From Camelus ferus (lineage: Eukaryota): 64,000 nucleotides of DNA. A program made the position numbers and the translations under genes. Positions within the stretch are counted from its first letter, which is position 1; every line of letters begins with the position of its first letter. The DNA is taken from NCBI RefSeq assembly GCF_009834535.1, contig NC_045696.1, forward strand, positions 70,496,001-70,560,000, in the 5' to 3' direction. Positions 24,621-37,499 of the stretch are shown piece after piece. Below the pieces are notes generated by a model. The model was not told the origin of the DNA, did not search any database, and was given only the letters and a program-made list of their open reading frames with translations.

Positions 24621-25238
24621 TTTCTTTCTTTCCTTCTTTTTCCTGCCTCCAGTTTATTTGTACAAACAGCACAGGTAGACATGAGCCCCATGCAGACAGC
24701 AGCCCAGGGGTCACATTAGTCCTTCTATCCTCACATCAATAGATGAAAGCCTCTACTCTAGAGCCTTTGTAGGGGCCTGGGCGCCTTTGGGAGCTGGAGC
24801 CGCAGCTGTGGCCTTGGTCTGAGCCTCCTCCTTGGCCTTTGGCTGAAAGAGCCTGAGACACTTGGCGATGCGGGCAGGAGCACATTTCCCGAGCTTGGGG
24901 TGAGCAATGAAGGCAAGTCGATTGAGTTCGCGGCTGCTGACCTTTGGGATCTTGGGCTTGACCTCCTTGGGCTTTACGAGAGCCTTAGCCTCGGCACGTG
25001 CGCTCGTGGCCTTGGCTTTGTTGGCCTGCATCTTCTACAGGCCCCTCTTGTTGTGCTTCTTGGCAAAGCGCATGTTCCTCAGGAACTTGGGGTCCACCCC
25101 CTTAAGAGTTCCGTATCGTTGCGATCGGGGTTTTTTGATGCTGTTTCTGTGCCATTTTCGGGACTGCTTGTTTGTGGTGTGGTTCTTCGACTTGGCCATG
25201 TCTGCACCAGAGCCGGGAGATCCCAAATCCTCCTTTCG
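24621..25238 (-). pseudogene. RPL29: RPL29 processed pseudogene (ATG at 25199, premature TAG at 25037-25035, stop at 24753, AATAAA and a degenerate poly(A))
   Basis: Intronless [29 protein letters not shown]...[16 protein letters not shown]...[11 protein letters not shown]...AHPKLGK...QAPTKALE. Minus-strand AATAAA at 24653-24658 and A-rich tail at 24621-24641. Confidence 0.96.
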
Positions 25239-25985
25239 TTTTTTTTTTTTAATTGAAGTACAGTCAGTGAAGTACAATTTCTGGTGTACAGCACCATATC
25301 CCAGTCATGCATATACATACATATATTCATTTTCATATTTTTTCTCATTATAGGTTACTACAAGATATTGAATATAGCTCCCTGTGCTATACAGAATAAA
25401 CTTGTTTTTTAAATCTATTTTTAAATATAGTAGCTAACATTTGCAAATCTCAAACTTCCAAATTTATCCCTTCCCACCCCTTTCCCTGGTAACCGTAAGA
25501 CTGTTTACTATGTCTACAAATCTATTTCTGTTTTGTAGGTGAGTTCATAGTGTACATAGTGTCCTTTTCTTTTTTTTTAGACTCCACATATGAGTGGTAT
25601 TATATGGTATTTTTCTTTCTCTTTCCAGCTTACTTCACGTAGAATGACAGTCTTCAGGTCCATCCATGTTGCTGAAATGGCATTATTTTATTCTTTTTAT
25701 GGCTGAGTAGTATTCCATTGTATAAATATACCACAACTTCTTTATCCAGTCATCTGTTGATGGACATTTAGGTTGCTTCTATGTCTTGGCCATTGTATAT
25801 AGTGCTGCTATGAACATTGGGGTGTGTGTATATCTTTTCTAATTAGAGTTCCCTCTGGATATATGCCCAGGAGTGGGACTGCTGGATCATATGGTAAGCG
25901 TGTTTTTAGTTTTTTGAGGAATCTCCATACTGTTTTCCATAATGGCTGCACCAAACTACATTCCCACCAGCAGTGTAGGAGGGTT
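25239..25985 (-). mobile_element. 5'-truncated young L1 (ORF2 end, 3'UTR and poly(A)) fused upstream of the RPL29 retrocopy
   Basis: T-tract at 25239-25250, then the reverse complement of the same L1 3'UTR family seen at 8680-9360 and 29691-30240. Confidence 0.9.
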
Positions 25986-27381
25986 GGTATTCTATTTTCA
26001 AAACACTGTCAAGTACAGCACTTCTGGTATTTTATGTCCCTGCTCAAGTAGAACCAAATATATTTTGAATGGAATATGCACCAAAGTAAATGACAGCATC
26101 AGATTCTAAAAATACCTAGTAGCTATAGGATGCATATATGAAGAAATTAAAATTGTCTTCACTATCAAAAAATTGAAAGAAAGTATTTATTAAATAATAA
26201 GAATGATGAAAAACTTGAAAACCTTTCCTACAGTTTTCACTTAGCACATCTGGCTATGAGAAATGTTTTAAATTCACACAGCAATAATTTACTGCTTATT
26301 TTCCTGAAGCAAAATAATAGACTACACATTATCCCAAAAGATTAAAAAAAGAAAAAAAAGGAATTTTAAAGCCATAAACTTTCAAGAATATATCATAGCT
26401 ACATTCAAACCGGAATACTTGCTGTTCTTTATATGGGCCCTGAGCTTCCCCAACTTCTCCAATGTACCTTTGCTCATACTTTTCTTACTAGCATGCCCCT
26501 CCTTCCCTTTTCTTATCTGACACATAGTAAGCACTTTAAACAAATGACTACTGATTTATCTAGTTAATTACAGAGAAAAATAAAATCTTTTCTTTTTTTT
26601 ACAACTATTCTTCATCTAGAATGCTTTGCTGCCACTTAGTTGAGAAAAGCTAAAATGAGTTACCTAGGAGACTACAGGAACTCTTAATCTGGAAAGCCCA
26701 AACAAGATATTTTGATGTTTATGTGGGTTAAATTATGACCCTTCCTGAAAATGCAAATATAGTCTAAGAAGTCTCCCAGTTCTGTCTAAGGTTTCTGAGA
26801 ACAACAAACACATATACAACTTGCACAAACACATAACCCCCCTATCTCAGATGTCACTCCACTGTCACAAGAGAAGGTACTATCTACTAATACAAGTGCT
26901 ATTCAACTAAAACACAAAGCCATGGATAATTAACACAGGCATTAAATAACTACAGCATTGACAGCAAGTAAAAAAGAATTTCCTTATCCGTTTTCTTTTT
27001 GGCAGCATGTAGTCACTGCTTTGAAACAGATATTGCAAGTTTACTTCTGTAAACATAATTAAGTGGTGATATACTACATTATGAATACTGGGATACACAT
27101 AATGACATGTTTTGATTGTAGTTAACAGCTGTCACCAAAATGGCACATCTCCGTTAAAACGTTATCATTCCACAAAGATGCTTCTAATTATGCAAGGCTT
27201 TTTAGAGGGATAACATGCAAAGATGTTCTATTGGAGAATGACGCAGTTTGTGAGCAACAAAGGTAAACCCACAACTCAAGTTCAGAGTCACTTGTGAATT
27301 TGGTCATAAAAACTTCTTCCTGCAGTCCCCAAAATTATTATAGGGTTTCTATAAGATAATGATAGTTGGCTAAACCCTAAT

Positions 27382-27572
27382 CCAAGGGCCAACAAACACT
27401 CTGCAAAAGGCCAGAGAGAAAACACTTCAGACTTTCTGAGATACATGTGGTTTCCATGACATTTTTCTTGTTTTTATAACCCTTAAAAATATTTAAAAAA
27501 TTCTTAGCCCACACAGGCCAGAGGTCAAATGGAGCTGAATTTGGTCTATAGGATGTAGTTTGTGGACCTCTG
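27382..27572 (+). mobile_element. MER58 (hAT-Charlie)
   Basis: caacaaacactctgcaaaaggccagagagaaaacacttcagacttt...gaatttggtctataggatgtagtttgtggacctctg. Confidence 0.65.
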
Positions 27573-27599
27573 TCCTAATATCTTCACACATCTCCCAAT

Positions 27600-28930
27600 A
27601 AGATCCCTGTATATAGAAAAGAACAAAAAGAATCACCCACAACTCAGGCTAAAGGGAAAGCTAGAAAAACAAGAAATATTACAAACTTCAACTTTTATAT
27701 AAGTGGGAAAATAAATACCCCTAACTTAGCAAAGTTGGATCCAAAGCCCATAAAACCAAAAAGAAGTCAGGACAGAATTGAGAAGAGGAAAGGAGAGTGT
27801 GGCAAGGTTTCAGTGGGCCAACAGAACACCTATACTATCAAATGGAATTCACCTCCAGAAGGAAAGAGAGATCCATCTTGGGTGAGGAAATACTGAGGTC
27901 AGATTTGAGACCTGGTGGAGCAGAGCACTGGCCAATGGGAAGATCAAAGAAAGGAGTCTGACAAGCGTGGGTCAGAAGTCTTGATAAGATACAACTTTTG
28001 AGATAGAAAAGAGAATGGAAGAGAGAATTCTTCTCTACTGAAAAGAGAAAAGGGAATTCACTGGAGACTTGTGGTAAAGAAGGAAGTGGTTCAAGATAAA
28101 GGTCCTGCTAAAACAAAGAGAATGTCAAAGGTTGAGAAGACAACAGACTACCCTCAAAAGACACTATTTAAGAAATTGCACTTGGTTGTAGCAAATAAAG
28201 AAGGTACTGGAATGAGGAAAAACAGCAGGTAGTTTTCTCTCACCATCCAACAAGGTGACCTATTACTGCTAGTCCAGAAAAATCCAACAGCAAAAAATGA
28301 CAATAAAAACAGCAAACGAGGCACTCCAGAATATAAATAAAAACTAGCCGACAAAACAGAGGTAAACTATATATAACACTATCTCAATACATATTAAGAA
28401 TACAATTGTAGATATGAAAGAACGTCAAAAACCAGAAATTTGAGAATACAGAAAAGAAATGAATAAAGAGCAGGAAGATATGAAATAAGAGCTAACTGAA
28501 CTCAGAAAATATTTTTTTAAAAAAGTCATCTCAGAAATATAGACAGAATTACAAGCCCCACTGAAGGGAGAACAGATTTGACCAAAAGCATAGAAAGAGA
28601 AATGAAAAATTCTTTTCATAATTGAAATGAACCAAGGAAATAACATTTAAATAAAGAATGAAGTAAAGGAGAGCAAAGAAAAGGTGATAAATGTTACAAG
28701 ATAAAGAAGATACAATATACAAAAGAATTGGAGTTTCTGAAGATGAAATACAAGATAATGACACAGAAAAAGCATTTAAACCTATAGTGTCTTTAAATAC
28801 AAAAAAAGTATTCTGATCCTTTAGGAAAAAGAGACTAAGCCCCTGGGAAAGTTAGGAAAAATCAAGTTGACATTAGTTTTCTTTATAGGAATATACAAAG
28901 CAAAATAAGAGGGAGGCAATTTTTAATTTA
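27600..28930 (+). mobile_element. Ancient L1ME/HAL1-like 5'/ORF1 remnant
   Basis: A-rich coiled-coil-like remnant and aattggagtttctgaagatgaa (IGVPEE-like); highly diverged. Confidence 0.5.
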
Positions 28931-28959
28931 TCAAAAATTTTAAATTGTACAACAGTAGA

Positions 28960-31520
28960 GGAATCCTTATCACTCTGAAAACTACACTGAAAACTAAAAA
29001 ATATTGCTGACAAAAATTAAAGAAGACCTAAATAAATGGAACAGTATATCTTTTCATGGGTCAGAAAACTCACTATTGCTAAGATGTTAACTCTTAAATT
29101 GACTAAACATTGAACATAACTCTAGTCAAAATCCAGGCAAGCTTTTGTAGAAATTAATATGATAACTCTAAAAACTCATATTAAAATGCAAAAAAAAAAA
29201 ACCAACTATAAAAGACAAAGTAACTTTGAAGAAGAACAAGAACATAGAAGAGCTAACATAATATGATTTTTGTACTCATTATAAACCTATAGTAACCAAG
29301 ACAGCACGGTACCAGCATCAAGATCGAGAAATAGACCAGTGGCATAGAATAGAGTTCACAAGTAGACCCATATACAAAGATGACAAACCTTGACAAAGTA
29401 CAAAGACAATTCAGTAAAGAAAGGACAGCCTTTTTGTCAAACAGTGCTGTAAGAGTTAGGTATCTATATGCAAAAAAAGAACAAAGAACTTGCATCTGAA
29501 CATTGCACCACATGCAAAAATTTCTTCAAAATGGATCACTGATCTAAATATAAAATCTAAAAGCATGAGGCTTCTAAAAGAAATACAAGAGAAAATCTTT
29601 GTGACTTTAGGTTAGGCAGAGATTTCTAAGATATGACACCAAAAGCATGATCCATAAAACAAAACTAATAAATTAGACAATCAAAATTTAGCAGCACTAT
29701 TTACAATAGCCAAGACATGAAAGCAACCTAAATGTCCATTGACAGATGACTGGATAAAGAAATTGTGGTATATTTATACAATGGAATACTACTCAGACAA
29801 AAAAGGAATAAAATAATGCCATTTGCAGCAACATGGATGGACCTGGAGATCATCATTCTAAGTGAAGTAAGCCGGAAAGAGAAAGAAAAATATCATATAA
29901 TATGAATTATATGTGGAATCTAAAAAAACACACAAAAGAACTTATTTACAAACCAGAAACAAATTCACAGTCAGAAAACAGACTTACAGCTACCAAGGGG
30001 AAAGGAGGTACAAAGGGATTCATTAGTAGATTGAGATTTGCAGATACTATTAGATACAAAATAGATAAACAATAAGTTTCTTCTGTATAGCACAGGGAAC
30101 TATATTCAGTATTTTGTAGTAACCTATAATGAAAAAGAATATGAAAACAAATGTATGCATGTATATGTGTGACTGAAACACTACACTGTACATCAGAAAC
30201 TGACACAACATTGTAAACTGACTATACTTCAATAAAAAAATTTTTTAACTTCTTCTATTCAAAAGATATTGTCAGAAAAAGAACACACATGAACTCATCT
30301 ACAAGATAGAAACAGACTCACAGACATAGAGAACAAACTTATGGTTACCAGTGGGTAGAGGGTGGGAAGGGAAAAATCGGGAGTTCCAAACTTGCACGTC
30401 TTAGGGAGTAATAGAAATGTTAGCTTTCTTGATTGTGGTGGTGGTTTCACAGGTGTATACATCTATCAAAATTCATCAAATTGTACATCTGAAATATGTG
30501 TCATTTACTGTACAGGAATTACACCACAATAATGGAATTTAAAAAAAAAGACATTAGGAGAATGAAAAGACAAACTACAGACTGGGAGAAAACATCTGCT
30601 AGACTTATGTAATCTAATAAAGAACTTATATATAAAGAATTCCAAAACCAACAGGAAAACAAACACAATTTTAAAGAATAGAGCAGGAAATGGACAAAAA
30701 AATTGAACAGATATTTCTCCAAAGAGAATATATGGATGGCAAACATATTTTATTTGTTAATATATTTTAATGAAGATATACTCCTCTAGTAGTCAGGAGG
30801 AAAATATAAATTAAAACCACAATGAGATACCATTACACACCTATTAGAATCATCAAATTAAAGACTGACAATGCCAAGTGTTGGAGAGAAAATGAAAGGA
30901 CTGATACTCTCATGTACTACTGGTGGGAATGTAAAATGGTAGAATCACTTTAGAACAGTTCATCAATTTCTTACAAAGTAAAATAATACATTTAAATGAC
31001 CCAGCAACTCCATTCCTCAGTATTCACTCAAGAGGAATAAAAATATATGTCCACACAAAGGCCTTTATGTAAATATTCATGAGTTTTATTTGTAATAGCC
31101 TAAAACTGGAAACAACCCCAAGGACCACCTACTGGTGAATGGATCAACAATTATATATGCATAAAACAGAAAACTACATAGCTATAAAGAGGAACAATCT
31201 AGTGATATAAGCAACAGCACGGATAAATGTCAGAAGTATTACAAGTGAAAGAAGTCAGAAAAAACTACAAAGTGTATGATTCTATATAAATTACATTCTA
31301 GAAAAGGTAAAACTACACTGTCACAAAGCAGACCAGCAGTTGCCAAGGGTAGGGATGGGACTAACTACAAAACTGCAAAAGTGACTGGGGGGAATAGAAA
31401 TGTTCTCTATCTAGACTGCAGTAGTGGTTGTAAGACTGCATGTTTGTCAAACTCTTCTCTTGAAATGGGTGAATCATATTTTGTATAAATTAAACCTCAA
31501 GAAAGCTAAATTTAAAAACC
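28960..31520 (+). mobile_element. Old L1M ORF2-3' end containing nested younger L1 3' fragments (29691-30240 and about 30271-30548)
   Basis: ORF2 motifs (aaagaagacctaaataaatgg; aattaaaaccacaatgagataccattacacacctattagaat). The nested fragments end in A-tracts. Confidence 0.8.
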
Positions 31521-31789
31521 TCACTTGAAAAAAAAATTCCTAAATTTAAAAAGGAGAAAATGATTTAAAAGTCTGTCATCTAAATTCTTTTGGGTCTCCC
31601 TGAAAACGTTCTTTTTATTGAGGTACATTAGTAGGAAGGTTTTTTGATTAATCAGTTATGGCAGATATAACAGGCAGTGAATCCAGGATTTAGGATTCAT
31701 TAGTTTCTCCAGCTCCAGTATTTGGGGATGCTGCCAACTTTGATGCACGCCCGTAGAAGGAAACCTCCACTAGTCTTTCAGGCGTTCCA

Positions 31790-32745
31790 AAAAAGAACGA
31801 ATTATCTACTCCATCTACACCTCATCACTACTCTGCTTCCCACCCCTATCCATCTCCTAAGAAACTTGTTTCTCCTGATTCCCTGTTGAATCCACAAATA
31901 AACCACCAACCATCCATTTCAGCAAGTCAGAAATCTGGGTATTTTGGCGCTTCCCTATTTGTCTTCTCTTTCACATCCAACTGCACAGTAAGCCCTAAAT
32001 TTTAGGCTGATTTGCCTCCTAAAATATCTTTCAAACCCTTCCATGTCTTACTATTCCCACTATCACTGCCCTAATTCCAGCCACCATTATTTTCTATCTA
32101 GATTATCAGAAAATACTGCTACCATCTTTTTGCCTCCAATCTCATCTTATTTCAATCCATTTCCATCCAACAGTCAGGAGGAATTTTTCTAAACTACTCT
32201 TCAGGGTATTTTTCTACCTAAAAGGCTTTAATGGCTACCTACTGCTCTAGTATAAAGTCCAAACTCCTTACCATGGATTACAAAACTCAGTTTCTACCTA
32301 CCTCTCGTGATTTCTCACTCTCTGGAGGCTTCCTTACAGAAAGATGTGGCCATAATAAATACTGATTTTTTTTTCAATTACTTGAACACACATTGCTTTG
32401 TCTTATTTCGGGACTTTTTACATATTGTATCCTTCTGCCTAGAATATTTTTCCCTATCCTTAACCTAACTTCAACACATCCCTTGAGACTCCTCATGGAC
32501 ATCATTTCATGGAAGACATCTTCCTTATCTCTCCATTAGATTCTCCTCCTAAGTGTTACTACTGCACTCCTCCAGTGACATGCGTTACACTGTGCTGTGA
32601 TTACCTGTCCACAAGTCTGGATCCTCTTCCCCTACAACGGCAGAGTTTGATCATATCCTGTCAGCCCAGGGTGCATGCCCAGTTAGTACAGTACATGTGA
32701 TATATACACTTGGTACTAAAATATTTGTCAAGAAATGACAGAGAG
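31790..32745 (+). mobile_element. L2 fragment
   Basis: ccactatcactgccctaattccagccaccatt; ataaagtccaaactccttaccatgg; tail aaatatttgtcaagaaatga. Confidence 0.6.
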
Positions 32746-34502
32746 ATTGTACTGCAGCCTTACTATCAATCCCAGTATCATAATTCAGACATCAGCATAA
32801 TTCCAAATTATCATCAGTGCTACCACAGTCCTTAAAAAATGAAAATTAGGTAAAATTCTCTGTTGCTTTCTACTACTCTTTCTGAAACCCCTTGTTTCTT
32901 TTTTTCCTACATGCCAGACACCAAGACCCTTATGTTCTATTCTGGACATCTAACGTTGCCTAAACCAACTAGATCTGACTTCCATTTCTAAGTTTCTTTT
33001 TTCTCCTTCCTATGCAGTTAAAATTACCACTTCTGAAATCAGACTTTCAAATTAAACTAGTTCAAAGTATAATATGATTAGAATCTTAACCTTCTCATGA
33101 GCACTTACTTTTTAAAAATTTAACAGTTTATTATTCAACTTATAAAAGCACCATATGCTGATGATATAAATTTACCCCATCTCACAGAGTTAACCACTAT
33201 TAATTTTTTTTTATTTCTCAAATTTAATTATATCTTTCAGTGGAATAAATGCCTGTCATTTTCAGTGCCAAACGCAAACTTCACTCTATACAGGGCTTTA
33301 GTTCTTACCTAAATATTAAAAGAGATTACAATTTTGGTTCAAAATTATACAAAAATAAATGTTGTATGTTTGAAGACTCCTTCTTCACAACACTGAAAAG
33401 TGCAATATCAAATTACTCTTAAACCATAATTTCCATAATAATAAAACAACTTAACTGTGTGAAAATGACAATCTGAATGACATGCTGAAATGGTGGTGGG
33501 CTCAGGAAGGCATAACCAAAATAAAGTGAAAGTCTGAGCAAATATTCATTGAACATACAGCTCATAATATAGCCAGTTTAAATATACTAAGTAAATTAAA
33601 ACATTAATTATACAGGCAATTATTAATCCATTAGTAATCATAAAACTCTGCTTTGCTTCCACTATTAATATTTAGATGTATTTCCTTCCTGTCTTTTTTC
33701 TCCAAATATTGTGCATATACAATAGTTGTGTTTTATACATTTGTGAGCCTGATGCTCCACTAAGTATTCAAATATAAGTCCATATTATCAAAAGCTTTTT
33801 AAAAAAACTATAATACTATTTAGTTGGGAAGATATATTACGTTTTATATAATTATTCCCCTGGGGGCATTTTCACAGAGAACCTGGCTCACCCAGATTGA
33901 GCTTAACAAAAATTGGCAGACAAAATGGAATCTCTGAAGCTTTTTGTTCAGCCATTTCACGTTGAGTTTGAAAGACAAAGTTCAGAAGTGCACCATATTT
34001 GCTCTAGAATTGAACCGATCATGCAACTTTTATGTATTTTATCTTTAATAAAACATTATAATGATTTTTTTTTCAACAGGAAGCTTCCTTGTTCCATTTT
34101 AACTCCAGTTACTCCAACTACATTGTCACCACCAGATGTCCTTCAGAGCCGTCTTCCATATTTAGCAGGCAAGCTAACATAATCTACAATATCAAAGATG
34201 TACCACATATAACTGTGCTTTAACTTTCTGTAAAAATGTATAAGAAAGAGACAGGGACACAAAGACAGAGCAGAAGCAGGAAGGGAGGAAAGAGAGGGGA
34301 AGGAAGGGTGGAAGGAAGAGTAAAAGGGAGATAATGAATTAGAAAATACAACTGGCACAACAAAATTAAACATTTGAAACCCTGACTTACTGCTAGGATA
34401 AGAAAATTATCCCTGCATATGGATTATTATTTGTCTTTCTTTCTATTAAAAAAATCACCCTGACTCCTTTTTTGAACACCTTAGAATCACATTCTCTCTT
34501 AC

Positions 34503-34622
34503 CAGTGCCAATACATTTAGAAATTCTCTTGTGTCAAAATGTAGCAAAGTTCGAACATAGGGATAGATTTCTTCCTCAGGGGAAGCTTCTGCTGAATGCA
34601 GGCGAATTAGAAATTCAAAAAC
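34503..34622 (-). CDS. VPS8: VPS8 coding exon (VFEFLIRLHSAEASPEEEIYPYVRTLLHFDTREFLNVLAL), 120 nt
   Basis: ttgcag|GTT TTT...GCA CTG|gtaaga; phase 0-0. Confidence 0.95.
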
Positions 34623-34909
34623 CTGCAAATTGAAAAAAATAGTTGATTATTTTCTCACCCTACAAAGTATCTTGCTGAAGCAATGATTCTCATTTGGATA
34701 AAATAAAGGCAGGCTGAATTTAGTTTAAATTGCCACTATGTTTTAACTTCTCTAACTGCTCTCAGCTATAATTACTGGCTTCGGGGATGGTGGGTAGGCT
34801 CTCTGCTGTCATAGCTGATAGCTCCTGACCCATGTGTAACCCTCAATTACAATCTTGTCTTTACTGCATCTTAATAAGAGAGTAAAAATGCTATGAAAAT
34901 AGCACTAAC

Positions 34910-34982
34910 CTGGTTTTTAACCAAGGGCACAAGATCTTCAGGGATGTCACCAAGGGGATAGGCACGACCTGCCAGACAACAG
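34910..34982 (-). CDS. VPS8: VPS8 coding exon ((S)CCLAGRAYPLGDIPEDLVPLVKNQ), 73 nt
   Basis: ttgtag|C TGT TGT...AAC CAG|gttagt; visible in ORF 34871..35062. Confidence 0.95.
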
Positions 34983-35711
34983 CTACAACAGAAACAAGGA
35001 GAACAGATTTGGTGACTTGTAATGGGCCAACATCCAGGGAACACTTTGTTTCTCAAACCCAAGCTACTAGTTTAATTTTTAAGCAGGCTCAGCTTTTACG
35101 AGTGAGGGCAAGTTGAAACCCAGATTAAGATGACAGTTCAGAAAATATGGGTGACAGGGATGGTGGTGAAATAACACATCCTATGACGCGAGTAACGACT
35201 TTCATTTCTTCTTATTCTTCCTAAGAAAAACCCAGGCTGCACTAAAAGGGGAAGGAGGAATAAGGACAGATTACCTAAAAATCTTACACCCAGCATCTGG
35301 AAAGAGCCTAACGGCACCATTATCCCATGATTTACCTGTTAAAAGCCTCATGTTCTCAGAGACTTTTAAACCAGTGGTTCTAAGAATGGTGAATATAAAT
35401 GGGGAATGAGCTAATAAATGTCTGGAAAATGTCTGCAATTGGACAAGCCTTCAGGGATAATTAGAATCTCATGAGAAATTAACTGTAGTTTTTACCTCCA
35501 ATCAGACCTTCCTAATGGCTAATGACTTGCCTTGTGGGCTGAGTTATAAAAATGTCTTCTGAGTATATCATTTTTTTCTGTTTTTTTTTTGGGGGGGTGG
35601 AGGGGGGCGGAGGTGGTATGAATTTTAAACCTCTTTGATCTAGTCATTAATTTCGAATGTTAGAGACAGCTGGATACCAGCATATTCTAAAAAGTTTAAA
35701 GTACAGATGAT

Positions 35712-35865
35712 GGGGGTGGGGGTATATTCAGTGCTAGAATTTATGCTTAGCATGCATGAGGTCCTGGGTTCAATCCCCAGTACCTCCATTAAACAAACAA
35801 ACAAGCAAGCAAACCTAATTACCACCGCCTAATAAAAAAGTAAAAAGAAAAAAAATTTAAATAAT
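35712..35865 (+). mobile_element. tRNA-derived SINE, Vic-1-like (camelid), with TSD
   Basis: B-box-containing gaggtcctgggttcaatccccagtacctcc, then aaacctaattacc and an A-rich tail. TSD aaagtacagatgat (35698-35711) / aaagtatagatgat (35866-35879). Confidence 0.88.
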
Positions 35866-36237
35866 AAAGTATAGATGATAAAGTACTAGGTAAAGACTAC
35901 ATATGTCCTTCTACACTAAAGAATCAATTAACAAATGTGAGATAAATCTCGAAGTTAACTCTAATATATATAGAAGCTAAAATGATGCGCCAGCAGGTTC
36001 TGCCACCTTCCTGCCTGCCTGCCTGCCAGCCAGTTACCTATCTAAAAGCTCTATCAGGACACAATTCTGAGCCTGCAGTCTATTGGAAGAACTCTGTTCC
36101 AGGAGTAAGGAGATAAACATTTCAGCTTACTTCTGTCACTAACTTTTTCTTGATGCAAACTAATCTCCTGCCCTTACGTATAAAATAGGGACAAACACAT
36201 AACTCACAGAGCTGCTGGTGGTGAAAGTAAAATACAT

Positions 36238-36453
36238 CAGGGCTTCTAAATCTCTGCCCTATTGATATTTTGGGAGAGATAATTCTTTGTTATGGGGACT
36301 ACCCTGTGCGTTGCAGGAAGCTTAGCAGCATCCCTGGCCTCTACCCACTAGACACCAGTAGCATCTCTCCCTCAGCCCCAGATGTGACAAGCAAAAATGT
36401 CTGTAGACACTGCAAATGTCTGGGGTGGGAAGAGGCATGGTTGAAAAGCACTG
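36238..36453 (+). mobile_element. MER20 (hAT-Charlie)
   Basis: attgatattttgggagagataattctttgttatgggg...agcagcatccctggcctctacccactaga...aaaaatgtctgtagacactgcaaatgtc; CAG...CTG ends. Confidence 0.85.
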
Positions 36454-36582
36454 CTGTTCACGAAAGAACACCGAAAAAAGAAAAGCACTACACAGATAAG
36501 AGGTGACAGTCCCTCTAAGAATACAGGGGAAACTTTTACAGAAGAAGCATACACAGAGATAAATAAATGTAACATCTCTTAC

Positions 36583-36625
36583 CTAATATATACAAGAAGC
36601 TTGTTGCCCATAACAACTTGCTCAT
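36583..36625 (-). CDS. VPS8: VPS8 coding exon ((D)EQVVMGNKLLVYI + AG), 43 nt
   Basis: tttag|AT GAG CAA...ATT AG|gtaaga; phase 1-2. Confidence 0.93.
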
Positions 36626-37499
36626 CTAAAACAGAAAAATATCTTTAGCAATTCTCTCTCAGAACCTTTCCAGAAATAAAACATTTTTGTGGAAACAAAA
36701 AATAAAAGGTAGCATTTAAGGTAAGTATATTACCAAATAACAAAGTGAGGTAAGATCACTTTAATAATAATAATTATTATTATTATTATCATTATTAATT
36801 TTTTTTTTGGAATTTCCATTAGATCCTTTTCATAGACACAGAATCAATGAGTCATTCAAGGGTACACGTAGAAGGTACAGATCTGAGTATAGCGATCTAT
36901 GTATCGTTGGCTTAACCAATAGCTTGGGACCAAGGGAAGGCATAGAGCAGACAATGAGCTGATCAATTATAGATCACGACCAATGAACTAATATTAAGGC
37001 ATAACTGTAACGTCTTCTCATTTGTAATACGGACTCTTACCACCTACAGTACTCTAGGGCCAAGAAGGCCACAGTTCACAAGTGTTTTAAAAAACTTAGA
37101 CTAAACACTCTTTAGGAACCTTCGTATTCTATGTGTAAAATGTAAGATTCTGTCATCTAGTAATATAAACCTATTTCTTGGTTAGAAGAACTTAGAAACA
37201 TAAGGTCAAAAGATCAAAAGATCAAAATTAACAAAGAACAGAACAGGAGCATTTAGAGTGGGTGAAGTGATCAGTAATCCTTATGGTGTGCAGATTATAG
37301 GAATTTGTGGCTGGTGATATGGATAAGCTGCAACTTCTATTTTTGACATATGAATACTAGACATAATGCAAGCAAGTGTACATCTCTTATTTAATGAATA
37401 ATCCTTTATAAATACTCTAAATATGTTGTTATATGTGCAAATAAACTTGAATTGCTCAAAATTATATGAATAATTACATTCCACTTCAATTCTGAACCT

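Noticed and set aside
24753..25277. Functional RPL29 retrogene or L1-RPL29 fusion protein
   Set aside because: There is an in-frame TAG at 25037-25035 and many substitutions; the N-terminal extension is translated L1 tail and poly(A).
24900..25353. Plus-strand 118 aa and 148 aa ORFs
   Set aside because: They are antisense shadows of the RPL29 retrocopy.
35712..35790. tRNA gene
   Set aside because: The tRNA-like head is followed by a SINE body, an A-tail and a TSD, with no complete cloverleaf.
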